The notes under the pieces are model-generated. The model had not been told where the DNA came from. It was given only the letters and a program-made list of their open reading frames with translations, and did not search any database. Source: Acidimicrobiia bacterium (GTDB taxonomy: Bacteria > Actinomycetota > Acidimicrobiia > Spongiisociales > ZC4RG35). From it: DNA of 64,000 nt. Each line of letters begins with the position of its first letter. Positions within the stretch are counted from its first letter, which is position 1. Below are positions 9,306 to 18,715 of this stretch, in pieces. Where the stretch lies: positions 1,728,001 through 1,792,000 of the forward strand of contig CBDBCY010000004.1 in assembly GCA_965203555.1 (NCBI GenBank), given 5' to 3'. Position numbers and translations under genes: made by a program.

Positions 9306-10709
9306 TCAGAACCCGGCAGAGACGGGCGGGGTCAGATCCCAGCCGGCTGCTTGGTGATAGGCCTGTCCGATGCGGGCGATCTCGGTCTCCGCCAAGGGAC
9401 GGCCGATGATCTGCAAACCGATCGGAAGCCCCGACGGATCGAAACCGCACGGAACGGAAAGAGCGGGCAGGCCGGTGAGGTTGGCCGGCGCAGTGGTCCT
9501 CACATAGGCCGAGATCACATCCTCGCCGGCCCCTCCGTAGTCGAAGAAGTCCTGGTCCTTCAGGGCAGCTGTCGCAGCCAGGGTCGGCGTGAGCATCGCC
9601 GTGAGGCGGTTGGAGTCGAAGCATCCCCGCACTGCTTTCCGGATGCGCTCCCTTCCCCGTATTGCCGTGAGGTAATACTCGGCGGGCATTACCAGTCCGG
9701 CGGCGAAGAGTGTCCTGATGGAAGGGCCGATCAAGTGGGGCGTTTCCACCATCAACTGCCGGTGATAGGCGGCGCCCTCGGTGCTGACCAGGGAAAACTC
9801 CACTTCCATCACCATGTCGAGTTCGTCGATCTCGACCGTCGCCACGTCGGCCCCCAAGTCGGCCAGCACCTTCACCGCGGCTTCGAAAGCCTCGGCCACC
9901 GATCGCTGAACCAGGTGACCCCGGTAGCGATCGACGACTCCCAGCCTCACCCCTTCCAGACCCCCGTCGGTAGCGGGATAGCCGTCCGGGGGACCCTCCG
10001 TCAAGGTGGTGGGATCGGAGGGGTGGAAACCGGAAATCACCGATTGGACCAGCATGCAATCGGCGGGGGTGGGCGCCAGCGGTCCGATATGGTCGAGCGA
10101 CCAACTGAGCGCCGCCACCCCACTCTTCGGGACCCGCCCGTAAGTCCCCTTCAGGCCGGCCGTCCCGCACAGAGAGGCCGGGATCCGGATCGAGCCGCCG
10201 GTGTCGCTTCCCAGCGCGGCGGCGGTGATGCCGGCGGCAACCGCCGCGGCGGACCCTCCGCTGGAACCGCCGGGAATGCGGTCGGTGTCCCAGGGGTTGG
10301 AGGCGGGCGGCGAAATAACCCCGCAGGCCAGTTCGTGGGTGACGGTCTTTCCCACGATCACCGCCCCGGCCGCTTTCAGACGTTCCACCACCGGAGCGTC
10401 GCGTCGGGCTGCGGGCACATCGGCATAGGCGGCGGATCCGCACCGAGTGGGGTGGCCGGCCATGTCGATGATGTCCTTCACACCCACCGGGATACCCGCC
10501 AGGGGGCCCGGGTCGATTCCCTGCGCCAACCGGCGGTCCACCCGGTCGGCCGCCTCCCGGGCGCCCCGCTGATCGATGATCCCGAATGCCTGCAGTCGGG
10601 GGTTGAGCTCCTCGGCGGCCGCCAGGGACCGGTCGGCCACTTCACGGGCGGAGATCTCACCGGAACGGATCCGCCGCCCCAACTCGGCGATGACTCCCCG
10701 AGGACTCAT
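9306..10709 (-). CDS. amidase-signature family enzyme (GatA/AtzE-like)
   Basis: GVKDIID, PGGSSGGSAAAVAAG, ALGSDTGGSIRIPAS. Confidence 0.95.
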   Translation of the reverse strand: MSPRGVIAELGRRIRSGEISAREVADRSLAAAEELNPRLQAFGIIDQRGAREAADRVDRRLAQGIDPGPLAGIPVGVKDIIDMAGHPTRCGSAAYADVPAARRDAPVVERLKAAGAVIVGKTVTHELACGVISPPASNPWDTDRIPGGSSGGSAAAVAAGITAAALGSDTGGSIRIPASLCGTAGLKGTYGRVPKSGVAALSWSLDHIGPLAPTPADCMLVQSVISGFHPSDPTTLTEGPPDGYPATDGGLEGVRLGVVDRYRGHLVQRSVAEAFEAAVKVLADLGADVATVEIDELDMVMEVEFSLVSTEGAAYHRQLMVETPHLIGPSIRTLFAAGLVMPAEYYLTAIRGRERIRKAVRGCFDSNRLTAMLTPTLAATAALKDQDFFDYGGAGEDVISAYVRTTAPANLTGLPALSVPCGFDPSGLPIGLQIIGRPLAETEIARIGQAYHQAAGWDLTPPVSAGF

Positions 10710-10891
10710 TCCCATCGGGCGTCGAAGCTCAGCGCCGGCTCATCGGTCCGGGCCAATCGCTCCCGGACGGACTCGATTCCGGATCTCTGACCGTTCAGCA
10801 TCTCAGCCAACTCCGCCGTATCCCAATCTTCGGCCACCAGCCCAACGGCGATCAACAGATACCTGACGTCTTCGGGGCTGAATCCGCTCAT
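10706..10891 (-). CDS. small amidase partner protein (GatC/AtzG-like)
   Basis: 61 aa ending in EPALSF; ATGA-coupled to the amidase. Confidence 0.6.
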   Translation of the reverse strand: MSGFSPEDVRYLLIAVGLVAEDWDTAELAEMLNGQRSGIESVRERLARTDEPALSFDARWE

Positions 10892-11322
10892 TGCCGTTCA
10901 GCGGCCGTGTAACGGTCGAAGACACCGGCAGCGTTCCTGCTGTACCAGGCAGTTACTTCCTCTGCAAACCACTGCGCCTGGGAAATGCTCTTCCCGGCGT
11001 CTTCATCCGTCCAGCTTCTCCCGTGAGCCTGGTCGTAGTCCGCTCTCGCGCGCTGCTCGAACAGGTTCGGCAGCACGGTGCCGCCCTCAGCGGGAAAATC
11101 GGAGTCGCGTATGGCAATTCCCGAGAATTCCCTCAGCACACCGGCATGCGTTTTGGCCCCGCTTCGGGCATGGGCGAGAATGCTCTGCGCGGCATGGAAC
11201 GCCGCATAATATGAAAGGGCGACCGCCACCCTGTAAATGCCGATGCGGCGGTTGTCCCTGGCATGCTGTACCGTGTCGTGTGCATCAGCCAGAAGCCCGA
11301 CTGCCTCCTGGTCGCATGTCAC
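10888..11322 (-). CDS. HEPN domain protein
   Basis: SYYAAFHAAQSIL, KTHAGV...F, R.RADY; GTG start at 11322 overlaps the nucleotidyltransferase stop. Confidence 0.88.
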   Translation of the reverse strand: MTCDQEAVGLLADAHDTVQHARDNRRIGIYRVAVALSYYAAFHAAQSILAHARSGAKTHAGVLREFSGIAIRDSDFPAEGGTVLPNLFEQRARADYDQAHGRSWTDEDAGKSISQAQWFAEEVTAWYSRNAAGVFDRYTAAERQ

Positions 11323-11771
11323 GACCGTTCTTCCCGGTAATACTTCGACTCGAATACGCGGATGGCGTCCTTCCGCACGTTTCTGTAGAACATGGTGTCC
11401 CAGGTTCGAAATTGCTCTGGTCCGGCCCTCCAGATTGCGATGATGCAGGCGATGGAGATATCGAAAAAGGAGCAGAGCGCCGCCCACTCCCGGTCGAACT
11501 CGTCCTGATCGCGCGTGAAGTCTCCAACCAGGAGCACATCGAGATCCGACTCTTCGTGGTGATCCCCTCGCGCTCTCGATCCGTACAGCCAAACGCTTTC
11601 CAAGGCAGGCCCGTACACCGCTGCCAGCAAACGCCCGGCAATCCCGGCCGACCGGATGGCGTCCGCGCGAGTAGGCCACGGATCGACTCCGGAGGGCACA
11701 GATTCCAGTCGAGGTCTCTCGGCCGCTTCTTCGGCGGACACCTCCTCGAGGAGAGAAACCGTAGCAGGCAT
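11319..11771 (-). CDS. minimal nucleotidyltransferase (MNT), HEPN-MNT toxin-antitoxin partner
   Basis: WLYGSRARGDHHEESDLDVLLV. Confidence 0.9.
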   Translation of the reverse strand: MPATVSLLEEVSAEEAAERPRLESVPSGVDPWPTRADAIRSAGIAGRLLAAVYGPALESVWLYGSRARGDHHEESDLDVLLVGDFTRDQDEFDREWAALCSFFDISIACIIAIWRAGPEQFRTWDTMFYRNVRKDAIRVFESKYYREERS

Positions 11772-11810
11772 GTCCCGAAAGCGTAGCGATGCGCCGACAG
11801 CCGATACCTG

Positions 11811-12200
11811 TCACTTCGGAATGACCGCTATTACATCCACCTCCAGTTTGAGGCCGGGCAGACCCAGGGCCGCTGCCTGGCAGGCAGTTACCGCCGGGTA
11901 GGGGCCACCGCCGAACACCCGGCAGCGCACCTCCATCTCCTCGGGGAGTTCCCGGATGTCCTGGCAGAAGTAGGTGATCTTCACCACGTCGGCCAACGAA
12001 CCTCCGCACGCCTCCAGAACCTCCGCGATATTCTTCCAGATCTGTTCCGCCTGCTCACCGGTGGTCTCGCCCACGATCTCCCCCGCCGCGTCGAACGCCA
12101 CCTGCCCGGCCAGATAGACGGTGTCCCCGGCCCGGACCGCGTAGGAGTAGGGCTCGGGCGGCTCACACATGCCTTCGGGATTGATCGCCTCTATCTTCAT
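11811..12200 (-). CDS. RidA/YjgF family protein
   Basis: PYSYAVRAGDTVYLAGQV...DVVKIT...LEVDVIA. Confidence 0.92.
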   Translation of the reverse strand: MKIEAINPEGMCEPPEPYSYAVRAGDTVYLAGQVAFDAAGEIVGETTGEQAEQIWKNIAEVLEACGGSLADVVKITYFCQDIRELPEEMEVRCRVFGGGPYPAVTACQAAALGLPGLKLEVDVIAVIPK

Positions 12201-12256
12201 AGTCTGACTCTCCTGATTGTCGACATCGCCGGATTAACAAGCACCGACAAACACCT

Positions 12257-12517
12257 CTACAGGGGAGGTATTCGCACAGATTCTCCCCTCATGGTGGCAT
12301 CCCATGCCTCTGACAGTTCCCCTTGGCGCAACCTCGCCCACTTCCTGGTGATTCTCGCCGCACGGGGAGGAAGATATCCCCTCTTGATCTCCAACGTCCC
12401 GATTGCGACTACTGCGCGGTGCTCCCCGTACCTGACATGGAAGTGGGGTGGCTCATGGTCCCTGTAGTGGAAGGTGATGACTATGCCATGGAAACGGCTG
12501 ACTGTCGGGGACATCAA
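12257..12517 (-). CDS. DUF4160 family protein (toxin-like)
   Basis: PTVSRFHGIVI..HYRDHEPPHFHVRYGE...GYLP. Confidence 0.9.
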   Translation of the reverse strand: MMSPTVSRFHGIVITFHYRDHEPPHFHVRYGEHRAVVAIGTLEIKRGYLPPRAARITRKWARLRQGELSEAWDATMRGESVRIPPL

Positions 12518-12831
12518 GCAATCGGCTTCACTGGAAGGATATCTTCCAGTGGCCTACCGGTGACAGCCATGTAGACCGTTTCTGGGGCTATGTCGATGTT
12601 CCGATCCCACACCAGCGTGTCTCCCTCTATTCGCACTGTGCTGAACAGTTTCTTCTCCGTCTTCCACAAATCGAAGGGTTTCTCATTCACCAACTCCGAC
12701 AGATCCGCCTCCCCGGCCTCACCATTGTCGTATTCGACGCGAAGACACCAAGGCTTCCCCGGCACCTCCTCCACCCGCACAGGGTAAGGCGCCAGACCCT
12801 CAACCTGTCTCTGTTTGGTTGGATCCCACAT
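12514..12831 (-). CDS. DUF2442 family protein (antitoxin-like)
   Basis: LRVEYDNGEAGEADL...F..VRIEGDTLVW..NIDIAPETVY; ATG at 12831 with AGGGGG RBS. Confidence 0.88.
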   Translation of the reverse strand: MWDPTKQRQVEGLAPYPVRVEEVPGKPWCLRVEYDNGEAGEADLSELVNEKPFDLWKTEKKLFSTVRIEGDTLVWDRNIDIAPETVYMAVTGRPLEDILPVKPIA

Positions 12832-12869
12832 GTAACCCCCTTGTTTCGGGGAAGGCACCCTTCCCACAG

Positions 12870-13145
12870 CTATTCCAGAGGATCGATGGGAGAAGGATGC
12901 TCTCCTGTCCTGACCGACTCCCACGCCCTTCGAAGTTCCGACTTGTGCTCGTGTGCCCAGTCCTCGACGAGTTCTATGCACAAGGGCGGCAGCCAGCCAC
13001 TGGTCATCCTGAGATCTCTCACGCGGAAGACCGCCTCGCATTCGGGGCCGTCCCAATCCCAATAGCGCACATGGAAATCCGGCTCCCGACCGGTGTCTCT
13101 GTCGACACTCACCGTCATACCCAAGAATTCTGACACGGGACGCAT
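12870..13145 (-). CDS. divergent second DUF4160 family protein
   Basis: VSEFLGMTV...EPDFHVRY...GWLPP...VEDWAHEHKSELRRAW...IDPLE. Confidence 0.82.
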   Translation of the reverse strand: MRPVSEFLGMTVSVDRDTGREPDFHVRYWDWDGPECEAVFRVRDLRMTSGWLPPLCIELVEDWAHEHKSELRRAWESVRTGEHPSPIDPLE

Positions 13146-13335
13146 GGTTACCAATGGTAGGGTTTCCAATCAGGTTCGGGGAGACGGCCTGTTGGAGGGG
13201 AATCAACCCAAGACGGCCGCCGTCTGGACCGCCGAGCCACCCCCGAGACCACCTACCAAAGACAGAACTGATCGGCGCACTACCGTTCGTTTGCCTAATC
13301 CGCCCGCTCGCTTGATGGTCGGCTCGACATCGGGA

Positions 13336-14427
13336 TCATCCGGGAACGACCACGGTGCGGATCGCCGAGTTTGACTCCAGGTTCTCAAAGCCCTTCTCCA
13401 TGTCGGAAAGCGGGATGGTGTGGGTAACCATGACGTCGAGGTCAAGGCTGCCCAGTTGGTAGAGGGAGTCCAGCACCGGGAAGTCCTGGGCCGGTATCCC
13501 CTCTCCGCCGTGGGTGGTCATCAGGGTGGAGGTGTTGCGAAAGAACGCCGACGGGTTGAGATCGGTCTCCGAACCCACCGGGGGAACGCCGATCAGGGTG
13601 GCGACTCCTCCGTAGGACAGCATCCCCAAAGCCTGCTCCAGGGTGGCGCCCATCCCAACCGCCTCGAAGGAGAAGTCCACTCCCTCGCCGTCGGTGAGAG
13701 CCCGCACCGCCTCGACCGCGTCTTCTTTGGCCGAGTTGACCGCGTGGGTGGCGCCCATCGACAACGCCCACTCCAGCTTGAGGTCGGAGATGTCCACCGC
13801 GATCACCTTCGAGGCGTTGGCCATCTTGGCGCCCTGGACCGTGGCAAGGCCGATGCCCCCGCAACCGATCACCGCGGCGGTGGCGCCGGGCCACACCTTG
13901 GCGGTGTGGAAAACCGCCCCGGTACCGGTCATCACCGCACATCCGAGCAACGAGGCGGACGTCAACGGCATGCCGTCGCTGACGGTGAAGGTAGCGCCCG
14001 CGTCCACCCCGATCCGCTCGGAGTACATCCCCAACCCCATGGGCACCTCCACCCTGGATCCGTCGGACGCCAACGAGACCGTCGGAGCGCGCGGCGAGGA
14101 ATTATTGCACCGCCGGGGATCGTTGCGCCGGCACATCGAGCATGATCCGCACGGGACCCGGCAGCCCACCGCCACCCGGTCGCCTTCCTTCAGGCGTGTC
14201 ACGCCCGAACCCACCTGCTCCACCACCCCGGCGCCCTCGTGGCCCAGCAACATGGGATAACGAGGCGCCCGCCCCGACTGGAGGCCCTTGGAGACCTTGT
14301 AGTCGGTCCGGCAGACCCCGGCCGCTTCCATCCTGAGGATCACTTCCCCCTCTCGGGGAGGGTCGAACTCGATGTCCGCAATCTCGATCCGTCCCGGAGC
14401 AGTCACCAGGGCTGCTCGGCTATGCAT
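13336..14427 (-). CDS. zinc-dependent alcohol dehydrogenase (MDR)
   Basis: GVCRTD, LGHEGAG, CGSCSMC, GCAVMTG, GCGGIG. Confidence 0.93.
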   Translation of the reverse strand: MHSRAALVTAPGRIEIADIEFDPPREGEVILRMEAAGVCRTDYKVSKGLQSGRAPRYPMLLGHEGAGVVEQVGSGVTRLKEGDRVAVGCRVPCGSCSMCRRNDPRRCNNSSPRAPTVSLASDGSRVEVPMGLGMYSERIGVDAGATFTVSDGMPLTSASLLGCAVMTGTGAVFHTAKVWPGATAAVIGCGGIGLATVQGAKMANASKVIAVDISDLKLEWALSMGATHAVNSAKEDAVEAVRALTDGEGVDFSFEAVGMGATLEQALGMLSYGGVATLIGVPPVGSETDLNPSAFFRNTSTLMTTHGGEGIPAQDFPVLDSLYQLGSLDLDVMVTHTIPLSDMEKGFENLESNSAIRTVVVPG

Positions 14428-15586
14428 CCAGATCCACCAGGATGTCTTCGTCGTAGGTGAGCCTTTCCCCGCCGTCGGGGGTTACTCGCACGTTGTCGGA
14501 GAGACAGATCCCCCCTACCGCCAAACCCTCATCCGGATCGTCGAAGCTGATCTGGGGGTGAAGGTTGATCACCATGTCGGTCTGCATGATGCGATCCTTA
14601 CCCGGCACCCAGGGAGGCTCATGCGAGTCGAGTCCGATGCCGTGGGCGGTGTAGTTCACCGAGTCGAGCCCACCCTGACCCCACTTGCGGTGCACCCGGT
14701 CGCGGGCGGCCAGCACCTCTGTGGAAGAGTCGCCGGTTTTCATCGCATCTATGCAGGCATTCAGGGTCTCCACCCGGCTCTCCCAGAACCGCAGGATCTG
14801 ATCGGAGGGACGCCCGAAGCTGTAGGTTCTCCGCACTTCCACCCAATAGCCCGACGGGCCTCCCCACTCCAGGTCTATGCAGATAACATCGTCCCGGTCG
14901 ATCTCGGCGTCCATCCCGAAGGTGTAGGCCCGGTAGGGGGGACGGCTCATCTGGGCTATCCCGTCCAGGCACCCGTACTGACGGCACAGACGATGAGCCT
15001 CGGCCAGCACATCCCGCTCGATCGCCCCGGGACGGATGTGACCCTCCAGGCTGGTGAAGACCTGGGCAATGATCCGAGAGGTCTCCCGCAGGTTCTCCAT
15101 CTCTTCGGCGCTTTTGATCGAACGAATGTCATCGAAGAAATCGGTGGCGTCGATCAACGCGGCGGTCTGCCCGAAGGCGCTCTGGAACTGCATGTAGTGA
15201 GCAGCGGAGGTTATGTCGGCCAGTCCCACAATTCCGATGGTCCCGCTCGATATGCCGTGGTCCGACAGGATTCCGGCGATCTCGGTCGCCGGGGTCTGCG
15301 TGGCGCGAAAGTCCTGGATCCAGTTGACCAGGGCCACCCGCGAAAGGCCCCACAGCGGGTCGCCGATGAAAGTCGGTTCGCCTTTTTGGGGAAGCACCAC
15401 CATCCCCCAACCGGCCCATTGGAAGACGTCGCTCACATACTGCACGCGGCCCCGTACGAACTCGTCGCCGCGGCTGCAGATGATCAGTGCATCGATCCCC
15501 GACTCGGCCATGGCCTCGCGCAGCACGCGATGGCGTCGTTCCCGCTCGGCGGGGGAAGAAATGTGGGTCAGTTTGCCTTCAGCCAT
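14420..15586 (-). CDS. M24 (creatinase/Xaa-Pro peptidase fold) hydrolase, copy 1
   Basis: creatinase-like N-domain, RSIKSAEE, HGIGLD.HEPP; GGAG RBS before ATG 15586. Confidence 0.88.
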   Translation of the reverse strand: MAEGKLTHISSPAERERRHRVLREAMAESGIDALIICSRGDEFVRGRVQYVSDVFQWAGWGMVVLPQKGEPTFIGDPLWGLSRVALVNWIQDFRATQTPATEIAGILSDHGISSGTIGIVGLADITSAAHYMQFQSAFGQTAALIDATDFFDDIRSIKSAEEMENLRETSRIIAQVFTSLEGHIRPGAIERDVLAEAHRLCRQYGCLDGIAQMSRPPYRAYTFGMDAEIDRDDVICIDLEWGGPSGYWVEVRRTYSFGRPSDQILRFWESRVETLNACIDAMKTGDSSTEVLAARDRVHRKWGQGGLDSVNYTAHGIGLDSHEPPWVPGKDRIMQTDMVINLHPQISFDDPDEGLAVGGICLSDNVRVTPDGGERLTYDEDILVDLDA

Positions 15587-15600
15587 AGTCTCAACTCCTT

Positions 15601-16329
15601 TTAGCTGCTCGGTGTAGGCACGGAGGCCGGCCTGTAAGGGGCGGATGGTTGGGGGTTTTCCAGTTCTTCGCATATCTCGTCAGTGGTCCGGGAGGCGATG
15701 AAACCGCCGTCGGTCATCCTGACCAGAGCGTTCTCATGAAGGTCCTTGGTGGAAGAGGTGCAGGCGTCGTTAACCAATGTCACGGTGTAGCCCTGATCGG
15801 CGGCGTCGCGGGCGGAAAGCTCCACGCAGCCCTCGGTGACAATGCCGGTGAGAACCAGGTTGGTGATGCCCATGCGGCGCAGGACATTGTCGATGGCGGT
15901 GGTGCTGAAGACGCTGGCGGAGGTCTTGGTGAAGATCATCTCGTCACCCTGGGATGCAACTTCGGGCAGGAGGTCGTCGTCGAAGGGCTCCCGGGCCACC
16001 GGCTCGAGATCGGCGGTCGGCATGAAGGCCTTCCCCGCGTCCCGTCCGTCGGAGGTCCGATACCCCACCCGCACGTGGATTACCTCCTCGCCCGCTGCTC
16101 GAAAGGCATCCTGGCACCTTCTCACGTTGGGCAGGATGCCGTTGATGTTGTCCCAGCGCTCCTGCATGAGTTCGGGCCGCCCGGCAGCGGCGGCGATTCT
16201 TCCTATCCAGCCATCGACGTGCGCATCCAGATACTGCAGGTCAATGGTCAACAGGGCGGTCTTCCCCGGCGCCACGGAGGGGAATGACCGGCGGGGGAAC
16301 AGATCGTAAAAGGGGTCGTGCAAGTTCAA
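15601..16329 (-). CDS. isochorismatase-family cysteine hydrolase
   Basis: TALLTIDLQ, K...SVF, GIVTEGCVELSARDA. Confidence 0.92.
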   Translation of the reverse strand: MNLHDPFYDLFPRRSFPSVAPGKTALLTIDLQYLDAHVDGWIGRIAAAAGRPELMQERWDNINGILPNVRRCQDAFRAAGEEVIHVRVGYRTSDGRDAGKAFMPTADLEPVAREPFDDDLLPEVASQGDEMIFTKTSASVFSTTAIDNVLRRMGITNLVLTGIVTEGCVELSARDAADQGYTVTLVNDACTSSTKDLHENALVRMTDGGFIASRTTDEICEELENPQPSAPYRPASVPTPSS

Positions 16330-16519
16330 TGTCTTCAGCCTTCCTCGGTACTGGCCGGTGCGTGCAAAGGAGGCCGGCCTGCGCCACAGAACCGCCTCCG
16401 GTTCGCACTAAGTATATTTAGCAGAGATTTGACCAACCGTGGCGCCACGGAACCGTCATAATCCAACACAAAATGCCGAGCCTGGGCGTCCGCGCAGGAG
16501 AAGGGAACTGGACAGCGAG

Positions 16520-17452
16520 ATGAGAGTACTGGTGACAGGAGCGGGGGGATTCTTCGGAAGAGCGCTGGTCCGGGCCTTCGCTCGGGGGGGAGATCAGGTG
16601 GCGGCGGCGGACATCCTTTCGCCCGAGGACTTTGCCCCCCGTTCAGGCGCCCCCCGCGGCAGCGTTGAATACGTGGTGCTGGATGTGGCGGACCCGGCGG
16701 CCTGGTCGACCGACGTCACGGGCCCGGTGGACGGGATCGTCCACGCCGCGGCGTTGACGCCCAGTATCCAGGAGGCGCGGGAGGACCCGTCCAAACTGGT
16801 GAAAGTCAACCTGATCGGAACCCTCAACGCCCTGGAGTTCGCCAGAAAAGAGAACGTGGGCAAGTTCCTGTTCATCTCCTCCGCCGGGGTCTACAACCAG
16901 TTCGAAGAAGAAGTGCTCACCGAGGAAGACGCCGACGGCGGTTTCTCTCTGTACGGCTCCGCCAAGCTGGCCGCCGAGATCATGCTGTATCGCTACGCCG
17001 ACATGTTCGGCTTCGACGCAGGGGCCATCCGTCCCACCTCCATGTACGGTCCGGCCGAGGAGTTCCGAAACACCCGCCCATTCGTCACCCAGGCCAAGCA
17101 ACTGGCCGATGCCGCCATGGACGGAGCGCCGGTACGGGTGATCGGCCTGGAGGACCGTTGCGACTGGGTGTTCGTGGACGATGTCGCCGAGGGCGCCCAA
17201 CGGTTCTTTTCCGGGGAGATGGGAAGTCGCTCTTTCGCCTTCTCGTCAGGAAACCCCATCCCGTTCCAGGATGTATTGGACGCAGCCGTGGCGTCGTTCG
17301 GCGTGGTGGTGGATCCCGACGCCGAAATGCTCATAGACGCCACACCGGACCGGGCCACCACCATCTCCTGCGACAAGGCCAGAACCGAACTCGGCTGGAA
17401 CCCGGTCGGTATAGCGGAAGGCATGCAGCGCTACGCCGATCTGGGCGGCTGA
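16520..17452 (+). CDS. NAD-dependent epimerase/dehydratase (extended SDR)
   Basis: VLVTGAGGFFG, ISSAGVY, YGSAK. Confidence 0.92.
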   Translation: MRVLVTGAGGFFGRALVRAFARGGDQVAAADILSPEDFAPRSGAPRGSVEYVVLDVADPAAWSTDVTGPVDGIVHAAALTPSIQEAREDPSKLVKVNLIGTLNALEFARKENVGKFLFISSAGVYNQFEEEVLTEEDADGGFSLYGSAKLAAEIMLYRYADMFGFDAGAIRPTSMYGPAEEFRNTRPFVTQAKQLADAAMDGAPVRVIGLEDRCDWVFVDDVAEGAQRFFSGEMGSRSFAFSSGNPIPFQDVLDAAVASFGVVVDPDAEMLIDATPDRATTISCDKARTELGWNPVGIAEGMQRYADLGG

Positions 17453-17518
17453 GTTTCAGCGCAGACTTTCAACCCGACCTGACAGAACCAACCCCGAAGC
17501 CTCAGATATGGAGTCCCA

Positions 17519-18715
17519 ATGAGCCAAAGCACACTGAGATCAGCGCTAGCCGAGCGCACCCTGCGCATTCGCGGCGGCCACGAGTCACCCTATTTCCAGA
17601 TAATGCGGAAGGTCCAGGACCGTGACGACATAATCCGCCTGGTGAGAGGAGAGCCGGATATACCGACTCCCTCCCACATCGTAGAAGCCGCCAAGCGCTG
17701 CCTGGACACCGGTCACATCGGCTACACCCCTCCGGGAGGCATGATCGAGTTGCGGGAAGCCATTGCCCGCAAGTTCAAGAAGGACAACAACCTTGAATAC
17801 GACGCCGAGTCGGAGATTCTCGTTACCGCCGGGGCCCAGGAGTCGATGGCGGTCAGCCTCCAGACATTGCTGGATCCCGGTGACGAAGTCCTGCTGGCGA
17901 CTCCCCACTACATGGCCTATCCGGCCAATATCACCATGGCGGGGGGACACATCGTATACGTCCCCACGGTCGAGGAAGAAGACTTCGAACTGAAGCCCGA
18001 AGCCATCGAGGCGGCGATCACCGACAGGACCAAGCTGTTGGTGCTGGTCACCCCCAACAATCCCACCGCCGGGGTAATAACCGAGGAGACCCTGCATGCT
18101 ATCGCTGAGGTAGTTCGGGCGCATCCCGGTCTGGTGGTGATCTCCGACGAGTTGTACGAGAAGGTGGTCTACGACGGCTTCGAGCACATCAGCTTCGCCA
18201 CCCTGCCGGACATGTGGGACCGCACCATCACCATCAACGGGTTCTCCAAGGCCTACAGCATGACGGGATTCCGGGTGGGCTACATGGCCGGTCCGGCCGA
18301 CTACATCCTGGCCGCCACCGAGCCAAGACACTCGCTGAGCATCTCCACTTCGCTTCCTTCCCAGCACGGCGCACTGGCCGCCTTGGAAGGACCGCAGGAC
18401 TTCCTGGATGAGATGATGGAGGAGTATCACCATCGCCGGCAAGTTATGAGGGAGACCTTCGACAAGCTGGGCGTCACCTACGGAGAGCCCAAGGGCGGGT
18501 TCTACTTTTTCGCCAACGTATCAGGCTCGGGGATGGATGCCGTCTCCTTTGCCGACAAGGCGGTTGATTACGGCATTCTCTTCTCGCCCGGCAACATCTT
18601 CGCCGAGGGCGCGGTCAAGTACATTCGCATCTCGTACCTGGCGCCGAGGGACCAGCTGCACGAAGCCATGGATCGCTTCACGCGCCTGTGGAACGACTGC
18701 CGGAGCGGCAAGTGA
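17519..18715 (+). CDS. class I/II PLP aminotransferase
   Basis: GEPD, PNNPT, ISDELY, NGFSKAYSMTGFRVGY. Confidence 0.95.
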   Translation: MSQSTLRSALAERTLRIRGGHESPYFQIMRKVQDRDDIIRLVRGEPDIPTPSHIVEAAKRCLDTGHIGYTPPGGMIELREAIARKFKKDNNLEYDAESEILVTAGAQESMAVSLQTLLDPGDEVLLATPHYMAYPANITMAGGHIVYVPTVEEEDFELKPEAIEAAITDRTKLLVLVTPNNPTAGVITEETLHAIAEVVRAHPGLVVISDELYEKVVYDGFEHISFATLPDMWDRTITINGFSKAYSMTGFRVGYMAGPADYILAATEPRHSLSISTSLPSQHGALAALEGPQDFLDEMMEEYHHRRQVMRETFDKLGVTYGEPKGGFYFFANVSGSGMDAVSFADKAVDYGILFSPGNIFAEGAVKYIRISYLAPRDQLHEAMDRFTRLWNDCRSGK

